A DNA stretch of 64,000 bases from Minisyncoccota bacterium (GCA_041671485.1 JBAZBL010000001.1:23037-87036); one strand, 5' to 3'. Shown: positions 26,798 through 35,483, counted from the first letter of the stretch. Made by a program: numbers and translations. Notes: generated by a model from the letters alone, not told the origin.

Positions 26798-28003
26798 ATG
26801 ATTCGTCAAGACAGAAAAAAGGTATTCATCGGCCTATCTGGAGGAGTAGATAGTGCTGTTTCTGCGACACTATTGAAAAGAGCTGGCTATGATATAACTG
26901 GTGTCTTCATCAAAGTCTGGCAACCAGATTGGATAGAGTGCTCTTGGCGAGAAGATAGGCTCGATGCAATGAGGGTTGCAGCACATCTAGATATACCCTT
27001 CATTACACTAGACCTAGAAAAAGAGTATAAACATGAAGTTATAGATTATATGATAGAGGAATACAAAAGAGGCAAAACACCAAATCCAGATGTAATGTGC
27101 AATCGAACAATCAAATTTGGTGCATTTTATGATTGGGCAATGCAAAATGGTGGAGACTTCGTAGCAACGGGGCACTATGCAAGAATCAGATGCCAGAACA
27201 TTGTCGGCGCTGACTTGTACCTGCGCGAAGCCTTTTCGCCTCACCACTACTCGCGGTTCGGCGAGAAAGGTTCGCTTCGGCACGCGTCAGCACCTGACAA
27301 TGTTAAATATTCTCTATCTATGGGAAAAGACTCAAATAAAGACCAATCGTATTTTCTCTGGACATTGAAGCAGGAACAATTGCCACATATTTTATTTCCT
27401 GTTGGCAATATGACAAAGCCGGAGGTTAGGAAGCTGGCAAAAAGGTTTGATTTGCCAAATGCTGACAAAAAAGACAGTCAAGGACTATGCTTTATTGGCA
27501 AGGTTGATGTAAAAGATTTTCTTTCACATTACATTGAGAGAGAAAGTGGTAATGTTCTAAATATGAATGGTGAAATCATAGGTAAACACCCAGGATCATT
27601 ATTTTTCACTATTGGAGAGAGACATGGTTTTAGTTTAGACAAGAAGACACCAAATGATGAGCCAATGTATGTCGTAGACAAAGACATAGAGCAAAATACG
27701 ATTACTGTCGGGGTGCGATTGGCTCGCGAAGTAAATGTGTCCGACTTGATGAACACTTCATCAGAGCAAATTTCAATTGAACAAGTGAATTGGATTCGAG
27801 GGAGTGTTCCAGAAAATTTCAAGGATAAAATATTCACTGCAAGGACTAGATATAGACAAAGACTCGAAAAAATAAGAATCATTTCTGTAACATTTACTGA
27901 AACAATAATAGAATTTATGGAAAAACAAGAGAATTTAGCTAGTGGACAATCACTTGTTATATATGATGGGGATGAATGTTTTGGTGGGGGAGTGATATCT
28001 TGA
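26798..28003 (+). CDS. mnmA: tRNA-specific 2-thiouridylase MnmA (start at internal ATG; contains ~30-aa in-frame GC-rich insertion)
   Basis: PP-loop 'VFIGLSGGVDSAVSA', 'GHYARI' and 'KDQSYFL'. The ORF track start at 26672 encodes an implausible low-complexity leader. Confidence 0.88.
   Translation: MIRQDRKKVFIGLSGGVDSAVSATLLKRAGYDITGVFIKVWQPDWIECSWREDRLDAMRVAAHLDIPFITLDLEKEYKHEVIDYMIEEYKRGKTPNPDVMCNRTIKFGAFYDWAMQNGGDFVATGHYARIRCQNIVGADLYLREAFSPHHYSRFGEKGSLRHASAPDNVKYSLSMGKDSNKDQSYFLWTLKQEQLPHILFPVGNMTKPEVRKLAKRFDLPNADKKDSQGLCFIGKVDVKDFLSHYIERESGNVLNMNGEIIGKHPGSLFFTIGERHGFSLDKKTPNDEPMYVVDKDIEQNTITVGVRLAREVNVSDLMNTSSEQISIEQVNWIRGSVPENFKDKIFTARTRYRQRLEKIRIISVTFTETIIEFMEKQENLASGQSLVIYDGDECFGGGVIS
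27204..27296. repeat. GC-rich palindromic in-frame insertion within mnmA (~90 bp)
   Basis: GGCGCTGAC...GCGCGAAGCCTTTTCGCC...GGCGAGAAAGGTTCGCTTCGGC...GCGTCAGCACC, with approximately reverse-complementary halves. It encodes 'VGADLYLREAFSPHHYSRFGEKGSLRHASAP' between the conserved GHYAR and KDQSYFL motifs. It is far GC-richer than its flanks. Confidence 0.7.
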
Positions 28004-28010
28004 TAAATAC

Positions 28011-28065
28011 GGTTAACGTCAAGGACTAACCTTACTGTTCCCAAGGTTAGTCCTTGACGTTAACC
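28011..28065. repeat. 23-bp perfect inverted repeat (GGTTAACGTCAAGGACTAACCTT - 9 nt - AAGGTTAGTCCTTGACGTTAACC) between mnmA stop and clpB start
   Basis: Seen directly in the sequence. A collapsed relative (TTACGTCAAGGTTAGTTCTTG) occurs at 31193-31215. It could be a terminator or an operator. Confidence 0.8.
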
Positions 28066-28107
28066 GAACTCCTTCCCCAGCTAGAAAATCTGTGTTATTA
28101 TACTTTT

Positions 28108-30858
28108 ATGCCTCCATTAAATAAGCTTACAACCAAAGCCCGTGAAGCTCTAAAAAGAGCCCATGAACTCGCTATTGAACGTGGACAAAACCATGTCAAT
28201 CCAGCACATTTGCTCTGTGCACTTCTTTTGCAAGAAGAAAGTATGGTTACATCTGTCTTAGACAAATTGGATATAGATACAACCATGCTTATTGATGTAG
28301 TTCTGGAACATATAGAAGCACCTGATGGATCCAATGTCCTTTCACCTTCATATCAGATATATATTACTCCAGACTTAGCACAAATTCTCGACAATTCTTT
28401 ACGAGTAACAACAAATATGAAAGAGGAATTTATATCAACCGAACATTTATTCTTGGCAATATTTGAAGTACCCTGTATAGCTCGTGATATTTTGAGTAGA
28501 TTCAAGATAGAGCGCGATCAGATAATAAAGATCATAGAGGAGCTCAAAGCCAATCCGCCATCCAAAGAAAATCAGCCAAAGAAATTTAGAACTCTATACA
28601 AATATGCAAGAAGTCTAACCAGGCTTGCACATGAAAATAAACTCGATCCTGTGATCGGTCGTGATGCAGAGATAATGCGAATAGTACAAATATTATCTCG
28701 AAGAACAAAAAACAATCCTATACTGATAGGTGAAGCTGGGGTAGGAAAGACTGCAATAGCAGAAGGCTTGGCTCTCCGTATGGCACAGGGTGATATTCCA
28801 GAATCTCTGAAAGACAAAGAGCTTGTATCACTAGATTTGGGTTCTCTCATAGCAGGTACAAAATATCGTGGAGAATTCGAAGAAAGACTCAAAAATATAC
28901 TGAAAGAAATAGAGCGTGCAGATGGAAAAATAATTTTATTTATAGATGAAATGCATACACTAGTTGGAGCTGGTGCCGCAGAAGGTTCTATGGATGCTTC
29001 AAATATGCTAAAACCTGCTCTTGCTCGTGGAGAATTGCGTGCTATAGGAGCTACAACACTCAAGGAATATCAGAAACATATAGAGAAGGATCCGGCCCTG
29101 ACTCGCAGATTTCAACCTGTTTTCGTACAAGAACCAAGTATAGAAGATGCAATAGCTATATTGCGTGGAATAAAGGAAAAATATGAACTATATCATGGTG
29201 TTAGGATCACAGACGATGCTATCGTTGCATCTGTCACCCTAGCAAGCCGTTATATCACCGACAGATTCTTGCCTGATAAAGTAGTTGATCTTATAGATGA
29301 AGCAGCATCATCTCTACGTATTTCACTAGAGAATATGCCTCCAGAACTTGAAGAGTCTAGGAGAAAGATCATGCGTCTAGAAATAGAAAAAGAGGCTTTA
29401 AAGAAAGAAAATGATCTACCGGACAAGCAAAGTAATAAAACGACTAAAACAAGGATGTTGAAGATAGAAAAAGAGATTGCTGATATTAGAGAAAGTACTT
29501 CCGAAATCGAATTGAAATGGAAAAATGAAAAATCTGCAATAGGTGATATAAAGAGAATAAAGAAAGAATTGGAGACTTTGCGTATAGAAGCAGAGATGGC
29601 AGAGTCGAGGTCCGATCTATCCAAAGCTGCAGAGATAAGATATGGCAAACTTCCTGCATTAGAAAAGGAATTGGACCAGAAGAATAAACGTCTCAAGAAA
29701 TTGCAATCCTCGAGAAGAATACTAAAAGAAGAAATAAATGCAGAAGATATAGCAGGAGTTGTATCTCGTTGGACTGGTATACCAGTCTCTAGAATGCTAG
29801 AATCCGAAGCATCAAAACTAATGCGTATGGAAAATGAATTGCAGAGGAGAATTGTTGGGCAAAATGATGCAGTATCAAAGATAGCCGATACAATAAGACG
29901 TTCTCGCGCAGGTATAGCAGATCCAAATCGCCCAATTGGCTCATTTATATTCCTAGGTCCTACTGGAGTAGGGAAAACAGAACTTACAAAAGCTCTTGCA
30001 GAATTCTTATTCAATGATGAAAAATCTCTAGTGCGAGTAGATATGTCAGAATTCATGGAGAAACATTCTGTATCAAAGTTGATCGGGGCTCCTCCTGGTT
30101 ATATTGGCCATGATGATGGAGGATCATTCACGGAAACTATAAGACATAGGCCTTACTCGGTAGTTCTCTTTGATGAAATCGAAAAGGCTCATCCAGAAGT
30201 CTTCAATATCTTACTTCAAGTACTAGACAATGGTCGCCTCACAGATGCAAAAGGCCGTATTGTCAATTTTAGAAATACGGTTATCATCATGACTTCGAAT
30301 ATTGGCGCACAATATATTGAAAAAATGGAAAAGATAGGTTTTGCAAAAAATGTGAAAGATGTTGATAGAGACAATTATACTGGAGCAAAAGAAAAAGTTA
30401 TGACATCCCTCAAGGATTATTTTCGACCAGAATTTTTGAATCGCGTAGATGATATTATAATCTTCGATATCTTGTCCCATGAAGCAATAAAAGAAATAGT
30501 TGGTATTCAGGTCAAAGAAGTTGTAAAGAGGCTTGTAGACAAAAATATCGAGCTTATCTTATCTCCAGAAGTTATGGATTATCTTTCCCTAGAAGGATAT
30601 AACCCACAATATGGTGCTAGACCATTGAAAAGACTGATCCAGACCAAGATTTTGACTCCAGTAGCTAGATTGCTCATAAGTAATGAAGTGGGTAAAAACG
30701 GTATCATAAATGTTACAATGCCAATACTACAAAAAGTTTCAAAAGATATTTCTTTAGATTCTACAGAAAAGAAAGAAGTCAATTTCGTATTTGAAGTAAG
30801 CAAGAAGAGGAAAAACAATAGATCGATTGTACTAGGGGAGATGGTACTTCAAAAATAG
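28108..30858 (+). CDS. clpB: ATP-dependent chaperone ClpB (AAA+ disaggregase); start at internal ATG 28108
   Basis: Clp_N repeats. NBD1 Walker A 'GEAGVGKTAIAEGLA'. A long coiled-coil M-domain. NBD2 Walker A 'LGPTGVGKTELTKALA'. A sensor-2 region is present. Confidence 0.9.
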   Translation: MPPLNKLTTKAREALKRAHELAIERGQNHVNPAHLLCALLLQEESMVTSVLDKLDIDTTMLIDVVLEHIEAPDGSNVLSPSYQIYITPDLAQILDNSLRVTTNMKEEFISTEHLFLAIFEVPCIARDILSRFKIERDQIIKIIEELKANPPSKENQPKKFRTLYKYARSLTRLAHENKLDPVIGRDAEIMRIVQILSRRTKNNPILIGEAGVGKTAIAEGLALRMAQGDIPESLKDKELVSLDLGSLIAGTKYRGEFEERLKNILKEIERADGKIILFIDEMHTLVGAGAAEGSMDASNMLKPALARGELRAIGATTLKEYQKHIEKDPALTRRFQPVFVQEPSIEDAIAILRGIKEKYELYHGVRITDDAIVASVTLASRYITDRFLPDKVVDLIDEAASSLRISLENMPPELEESRRKIMRLEIEKEALKKENDLPDKQSNKTTKTRMLKIEKEIADIRESTSEIELKWKNEKSAIGDIKRIKKELETLRIEAEMAESRSDLSKAAEIRYGKLPALEKELDQKNKRLKKLQSSRRILKEEINAEDIAGVVSRWTGIPVSRMLESEASKLMRMENELQRRIVGQNDAVSKIADTIRRSRAGIADPNRPIGSFIFLGPTGVGKTELTKALAEFLFNDEKSLVRVDMSEFMEKHSVSKLIGAPPGYIGHDDGGSFTETIRHRPYSVVLFDEIEKAHPEVFNILLQVLDNGRLTDAKGRIVNFRNTVIIMTSNIGAQYIEKMEKIGFAKNVKDVDRDNYTGAKEKVMTSLKDYFRPEFLNRVDDIIIFDILSHEAIKEIVGIQVKEVVKRLVDKNIELILSPEVMDYLSLEGYNPQYGARPLKRLIQTKILTPVARLLISNEVGKNGIINVTMPILQKVSKDISLDSTEKKEVNFVFEVSKKRKNNRSIVLGEMVLQK

Positions 30859-30918
30859 TATTGACTAAGTAAAGATAAAAATCTACTATATAGTAAGTAC
30901 TTTTATTATAAATTAAAT

Positions 30919-31002
30919 GCGCAGGTGGCAGAGTGGTCAATTGCAGTGGACTGTAAATCCATCGCCCTATGGGCTCCGGGGGTTCAAATCCCTCCCTGCG
31001 CA
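30919..31002 (+). tRNA. tRNA-Tyr (GTA), class II with long variable arm
   Basis: Acceptor GCGCAGG/CCTGCGC with discriminator A. Anticodon arm GTGGA-[CTGTAAA]-TCCAT. Variable hairpin GCCC-TAT-GGGC. T arm GGGGG-TTCAAAT-CCCTC. Confidence 0.9.
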
Positions 31003-31012
31003 CATGAAAAAA

Positions 31013-31032
31013 CCGAGCAAAGCTCGGTTTTT
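31013..31032 (+). terminator. Rho-independent terminator CCGAGC-AAA-GCTCGG-TTTTT immediately after tRNA-Tyr
   Basis: 6-bp GC stem followed by a T5 tract. Confidence 0.7.
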
Positions 31033-31187
31033 GAGTGGACGCAGAGCAAAGCGCTTGAGCGCTTTGCGTGGAGGGATTTGAAAAGGTCGAGCATATTTTC
31101 GAACCTGAGCGAGCGATCAGCGAGTCGAAGGTGAGAAAATGCGAGACCTGTACAGAGTCTGTAAGACTCAAATCCCTCCCTGCGCAC
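31033..31187 (+). mobile_element. tRNA-3'-end-associated miniature element (copy 1), ending in a 20-bp duplicate of the tRNA-Tyr 3' end
   Basis: The direct repeat TCAAATCCCTCCCTGCGCAC occurs at 30984-31003 and 31168-31187. The left arm ACGCAG-[GC hairpin AGCAAAGCGCTTGAGCGCTTTGC]-GTGGAGGGATTTGAA is antisense to the tRNA 3' end. A ~60-nt core GAAAAGGTCGAGCATATTTTCGAACCTGAGCGAGCGATCAGCGAGTCGAAGGTGAGAAAATGCGA is ~97% identical to 43378-43438. Confidence 0.7.
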
Positions 31188-31219
31188 AAAATTTTACGTC
31201 AAGGTTAGTTCTTGCTGTA

Positions 31220-32389
31220 TCATACAATGACTCTTTTCAAATGTGCTGGTATCTTGACCACTATTTCATAGGGAATAGTGTTGCACTTCTGTGCAATTGA
31301 TATTATTGAATTCTGATCAGAGCTATTGTCGCTTATCACCGTGACTGGTGTATTGATCTTAATATCTTTCACATTTGATACATCAATAGAAGTGATATTC
31401 ATACTCACGTGGCCGATGATGGGGCATGGAATATTATTATCTCCAACCAATATTGTTCCAACATTAGATAGTCTCCTATCCACACCTTCGAAATAACCAA
31501 CAGGTATGGTTGCAATTCGCATATCATTCAATGCTTTGAATGTATTGCCATAGCCAACTGTCTCGCCCTTCTTTATTTGTTTTATACTTGTAATGATAGT
31601 CTTCATCTTGAGAACTGGTAATAAATTGATCTTATGTTCAAATAGATCTCCATCTTTGAGACCATAAAGACCTATCCCTAGTCTTGAAACATTGGACTTT
31701 ATTTTATCCGAAAATTTGTTACCATCTGTATTGCTTATATGAAAATATTTTATGTCAGGAAAAGTTTTCTTGAATTTGTCTACAATACTATTCCAAAGAA
31801 TTATTTGCTTCTGTGTAAAAAAAGTGTCTAGATTATCTGCATCAGATAAGTGTGAAGCAATGCCTTCTATCTTAATATTTTTATTATTCTTTATGATCTC
31901 TATTGCTTGATTTACTTCTTCGGGTAATATACCTTGGCGATGCATACCTGTATCTATCTTCAAATGAATAGGGGATTTGATCTTTTTGTATTTGGATAAG
32001 GCATGAAGTACTTCGACACTACTAACAGTAAAAGAGATATTTTTTAGTCTAGAATTGGCAATCGTTTCTGGGTGAGAATAGCCGATGATAAGTAGTGGAG
32101 TCTTTATACCTTTTGCTCTCAATGCAATTGCTTCAAAATACGAATCGACAACGAAAAATGGTATATCTCCGTTCACGAGGTCCGACCTTGCGGAATTCAA
32201 TATTTGAGCTACCTCTAATAGACCATGACCATAGGCATTACTCTTCAATACGGGGGCAATTTGACCATTTGGCACCAATTTACGGAACTCATTGAGATTG
32301 TCCAATAGGCGACTTTTAGAAATCTCAATAGTTATAAGTGGTTCGTAAGGAAAACATGATTTGGACAAGCTTTTGAGCCATTTTTTCAT
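31220..32389 (-). CDS. alr: Alanine racemase
   Basis: PLP-lysine motif 'APVLKSNAYGHG'. 389 aa with a TIM-barrel plus beta C-domain architecture. Confidence 0.88.
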   Translation of the reverse strand: MKKWLKSLSKSCFPYEPLITIEISKSRLLDNLNEFRKLVPNGQIAPVLKSNAYGHGLLEVAQILNSARSDLVNGDIPFFVVDSYFEAIALRAKGIKTPLLIIGYSHPETIANSRLKNISFTVSSVEVLHALSKYKKIKSPIHLKIDTGMHRQGILPEEVNQAIEIIKNNKNIKIEGIASHLSDADNLDTFFTQKQIILWNSIVDKFKKTFPDIKYFHISNTDGNKFSDKIKSNVSRLGIGLYGLKDGDLFEHKINLLPVLKMKTIITSIKQIKKGETVGYGNTFKALNDMRIATIPVGYFEGVDRRLSNVGTILVGDNNIPCPIIGHVSMNITSIDVSNVKDIKINTPVTVISDNSSDQNSIISIAQKCNTIPYEIVVKIPAHLKRVIV

Positions 32390-32554
32390 AATCTATATTG
32401 TACCCCTCATTTATGGCGAAAACCACCTTGACAGATACTTTGCTATATGCTAGACTATCTTCCAGTTAAACCGAGGCTATAATAGCCTCATTTTCGTTCT
32501 TTTACAGTCGCATATTGTCAGTAAACATAGCTTTTTGCGAGTAGCAAGAAGCGT

Positions 32555-32839
32555 GTGCGAATGTTTGAGGACGATGAACGGAGTATTATGATCCAAAAAC
32601 AAAGATTCATTTTGTCTGTCGCCATGTTGATGGCCCTGGTAGCAGCGCTACTAGTGTTCATCAGCTATCCAAAAGAGGTGGCGCCGGTGATGACTCCGGT
32701 CATCACGAACACGGCTCCTGTAGAGGAGATCGTTGAGACCAACAATGTAGTCACCAATTCCGCGAAAGTGGATGGGGTGATAAACAAAACTGGATCAGTC
32801 TCGGTGACTGGAACAGTTCGTGCAGAGTTCGGGAAGTGA
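32555..32839 (+). CDS. Small membrane-anchored hypothetical protein (GC-rich island)
   Basis: 94 aa. One TM ('FILSVAMLMALVAALLVFI') and a Thr/Val-rich tail. Its GC content is distinctly higher than the surrounding genome. Confidence 0.5.
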   Translation: MRMFEDDERSIMIQKQRFILSVAMLMALVAALLVFISYPKEVAPVMTPVITNTAPVEEIVETNNVVTNSAKVDGVINKTGSVSVTGTVRAEFGK

Positions 32840-32898
32840 AGTGCAGTGCAGAAAACAACAGAAACAAACACAACAAACAGAGAAGAAAGACAACGCAG

Positions 32899-33990
32899 AT
32901 GAAAAAAACACAAATCCTATCGGTAATCTTATCAGTCACACTGCTCGCAGTCGGCGCCTTTGCGCAATCACCTCCAGCTTCTAGCGGTGGTGGTTCGAGC
33001 GGAGGCACGGGGACAATCGTGGTTCCGGCAGATAAAATGCCAACCGCGCTTGCCTTCCTCGGTTCCAAGGCGGCACTACGCGCTTTCGCTCGTGAAAGTG
33101 CAAGGAGCGCGAACTTAAACATCAACTCTGCCGGCATGCAGGGTACATGGGGAACTGGTTCCTCATGGGATTCCCCAAAAAGTCAAGAACAAATCCTTTC
33201 GATAATCAATGCGTGGAGGTTCACCTTCACCATGGAGAATCCAGCGGATTCTGTTCAGGCGACGACGGAAATCAAGAACAGCGACTGGGAGACTCTCTTC
33301 AGCGCGGAGTCTTGGCGGACGCCACAGCTTGTGAGTGGAAGTAGTTACCGATTGCCGGAACTTTACTTCCACTTAACACTGGCGGATATCATCCCATTCA
33401 AGGTTGACAGGTCGGTTCAATGGGGTCAAATCAAGTACCTCAATGACGACGGCAGAACGATCACTACCGTTGACCTTGTTGTCCGGAACGGAAAAGTTTA
33501 TTTCCGATCCGATCTCGCAGGTAAGGGAATTCTCGTCCTGCACAATAACGATGGGAGAACATTCCTGTATAACCTCCGGAATGGTGGAGTACAGGTACCA
33601 GTTGCAAGTGTTCAGTACATGGGGAGTTCCTCGTGGATTGAGAATATGCCATGGTTCAACAACCCAAGCACCATCAATCAGCAGGTCTGGAGCTGGAATG
33701 GTGTTGGCCAAAATCCTACATTCGATGTCAACATGGACTCGAGTGCATGGGTATCGTTCAGGACATATTCCAACGAAGGTGCCGAAGCGATTGGTTTCCA
33801 GGTACGACCACAAGGTGGCACGAACTGGACTTTCTATCCGGTTGTCCTACCTGCCAAGTATGTACCAATCCAACTCACCCCAGGCACCTCGTTTATCATT
33901 CCGGTATGGAATCCGGATGAGTTCAAGGAACCGGAGCCGTACATTCCTGAGAATGGGACGCCGGTGGGTTTCTTCGATGGTAAGGGTTAA
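32899..33990 (+). CDS. Secreted hypothetical protein with signal peptide (GC-rich island); start at ATG 32899
   Basis: 'MKKTQILSVILSVTLLAVGAFAQSP' looks like a signal peptide. It is followed by a Gly/Ser linker and a ~330-aa beta-rich domain rich in W and Y. No family was recognised. Confidence 0.6.
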   Translation: MKKTQILSVILSVTLLAVGAFAQSPPASSGGGSSGGTGTIVVPADKMPTALAFLGSKAALRAFARESARSANLNINSAGMQGTWGTGSSWDSPKSQEQILSIINAWRFTFTMENPADSVQATTEIKNSDWETLFSAESWRTPQLVSGSSYRLPELYFHLTLADIIPFKVDRSVQWGQIKYLNDDGRTITTVDLVVRNGKVYFRSDLAGKGILVLHNNDGRTFLYNLRNGGVQVPVASVQYMGSSSWIENMPWFNNPSTINQQVWSWNGVGQNPTFDVNMDSSAWVSFRTYSNEGAEAIGFQVRPQGGTNWTFYPVVLPAKYVPIQLTPGTSFIIPVWNPDEFKEPEPYIPENGTPVGFFDGKG

Positions 33991-34012
33991 CTGACCCCCG
34001 AATCAGTTTCAT

Positions 34013-34051
34013 CCCCGCAAGTTGCGCAAGCAGCTTGCGGGGTATTCTTTT
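34013..34051 (+). terminator. Rho-independent terminator CCCCGCAAG...CTTGCGGGG + TATTCTTTT
   Basis: 9-bp GC-rich stem with a 12-nt loop and a T-rich tail, directly after the island ORF. Confidence 0.75.
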
Positions 34052-34073
34052 ATACGCTATAGTAATGCTTACC

Positions 34074-34229
34074 ATGTCCCAAAATTCACTCATACAACTC
34101 AAGAACAAATCAACTGGCGAAGTGTATTGGACACGCAAGAATAAGAAAACAGTTGAAAAGAAGATAGAACTCAAGAAATATAGTGCCAAGTTGAGAAAGC
34201 ATGTAGTGTTCAAAGAGACTAAGAAATAA
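34074..34229 (+). CDS. rpmG: 50S ribosomal protein L33 (Cys-less form); start at ATG 34074
   Basis: 'LIQLKNKSTGEVYWTRKNKKTVEKKIELKKYSAKLRKHVVFKETKK' matches the L33 pattern (...YTT.KNKRN.PERLELKKY.P..RKH..HKETK) without zinc-binding cysteines. Confidence 0.85.
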   Translation: MSQNSLIQLKNKSTGEVYWTRKNKKTVEKKIELKKYSAKLRKHVVFKETKK

Positions 34230-34260
34230 ACATACAAATATACGGATTAGTTGATTGCTT

Positions 34261-34306
34261 TTATTCGTATTCATTCGTATCATTAGTATTATTCGTATAT
34301 TCGAAT
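34261..34306. repeat. ~10-bp-periodic tandem repeats of ATTCGTAT (4 copies) ending in palindrome TATTCGAATA, upstream of tRNA-Trp
   Basis: ttATTCGTATtcATTCGTATcATTaGTATtATTCGTATattcgaataa. Confidence 0.75.
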
Positions 34307-34314
34307 AATTTTTT

Positions 34315-34385
34315 GGGCGATTAGTTAAGTGGTATAACTACGGTCTCCAAAACCGTTGTCCGAGGTCCGATTCCTCGATCGCCCG
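34315..34385 (+). tRNA. tRNA-Trp (CCA)
   Basis: Acceptor GGGCGAT/ATCGCCC with discriminator G. Anticodon arm ACGGT-[CTCCAAA]-ACCGT. T arm CGAGG-TCCGATT-CCTCG. The rpmG-tRNA-Trp order is conserved in bacteria. Confidence 0.9.
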
Positions 34386-34476
34386 CCTTTGATTAATAGT
34401 CTTCTAGTTTTATTGTATAATTGATAAATATTTGTTAGTATAAGTATATTATTAATCATATTTATAATATATTATT

Positions 34477-34875
34477 ATGAGTGAATTTAATGAAAAAGCA
34501 CCAATAGAGGCAGTAAATCCTGATGTTAAACCAAAACATGAAGCAGATAATAAGATACTAGAATTGTCAGAAGAACAAATGGATATGATTGTTAGAACAA
34601 TTATTGACCGTCTCACAGAAAAAAAGGGGCTTCCAAATCGTCAAAATGTTTCTCCGAGACCACCCATGGTTTCTCCGGAAACTCCTAAAGGTGTACCTAC
34701 TGAAGAAAAAAGACCTGAACTTAGTAAAGACGAAGTGTGGTCTCGTGAAGTAGATAAATTTGTTTTGAGAGCATTAGATAGAGTTATTGATAACGCTGAT
34801 GCTACAAAGCGACTTGATGATAAGCTTAGAGAGGAATATAAAAATACAGCAAAGTATCGAGAAGGTTTGAAATAA
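34477..34875 (+). CDS. Hypothetical protein (charged, coiled-coil-like)
   Basis: 132 aa. No motif recognised. Confidence 0.45.
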   Translation: MSEFNEKAPIEAVNPDVKPKHEADNKILELSEEQMDMIVRTIIDRLTEKKGLPNRQNVSPRPPMVSPETPKGVPTEEKRPELSKDEVWSREVDKFVLRALDRVIDNADATKRLDDKLREEYKNTAKYREGLK

Positions 34876-34976
34876 CAAGTTTCTTCATAATAGTTACTAT
34901 ATAGGTTCTAGATTATATTTGACACAATAGTGATGACTATGTTAATATATATTTATTAAATATTAATATAAAATTC

Positions 34977-35483
34977 ATGCAAATATCCCCAAATAAATGG
35001 ACAGTAATAGCTTCTATTTTGACAGCAGTCATTGTTGTTTCAACTGCATTGAATATTCCAGGTACAAAATCTCCTAGCCTCATATATGACAATCTTGGTA
35101 ATAGTGGTAATACAGTATTCACATTTCTCGATCCAAATATATCTTCTGTAGAAGTCGGTCAAGTTGAAACAATTCGCTGGATATCCGAAGGTTATATTCC
35201 AAGAACAGTCAGTATCAATCTAATTCGTAAAGTATCCAGTATGCCAGAACAGTATGAATTGATTCGTACTATAGCAACTAGTACCATGAATGATGGTGTA
35301 GCTATATGGGTACCGGGAAAAAGTGATGTAGGAGACAATCTTTATATAGAGATAGGGTGTGAACTTTCTCAAAATTCATGTAATGCTGGAGGATCGATCT
35401 CTCCTATAGCAGTTAACGATACTGGTCGTTTTGCTAATACCGCCGCGAGTTATCAAGCTATCGAACAGTTGAATAATAGATAA
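34977..35483 (+). CDS. Hypothetical exported/membrane-anchored protein
   Basis: 168 aa. N-terminal signal-anchor ('WTVIASILTAVIVVSTAL'). Confidence 0.5.
   Translation: MQISPNKWTVIASILTAVIVVSTALNIPGTKSPSLIYDNLGNSGNTVFTFLDPNISSVEVGQVETIRWISEGYIPRTVSINLIRKVSSMPEQYELIRTIATSTMNDGVAIWVPGKSDVGDNLYIEIGCELSQNSCNAGGSISPIAVNDTGRFANTAASYQAIEQLNNR

Noticed and set aside
31081-31145. Hammerhead or other small self-cleaving ribozyme in the conserved element core (CTGAGCGAGCGATCAGCGAGTCGAAGG...GAAAA)
   Set aside because: The CUGANGA and GAAA/stem spacing of the hammerhead core are not satisfied (CTGAGCG, not CUGAUGA). I found no other ribozyme consensus.
30925-31189. ORF-track ORFs 30925-31134 (+), 30984-31187 (-) and 30779-31189 (-) overlapping tRNA-Tyr and the downstream element
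   Set aside because: They are translations of a tRNA gene and GC-rich structured repeat. They show no coding features and overlap a confidently folded tRNA.
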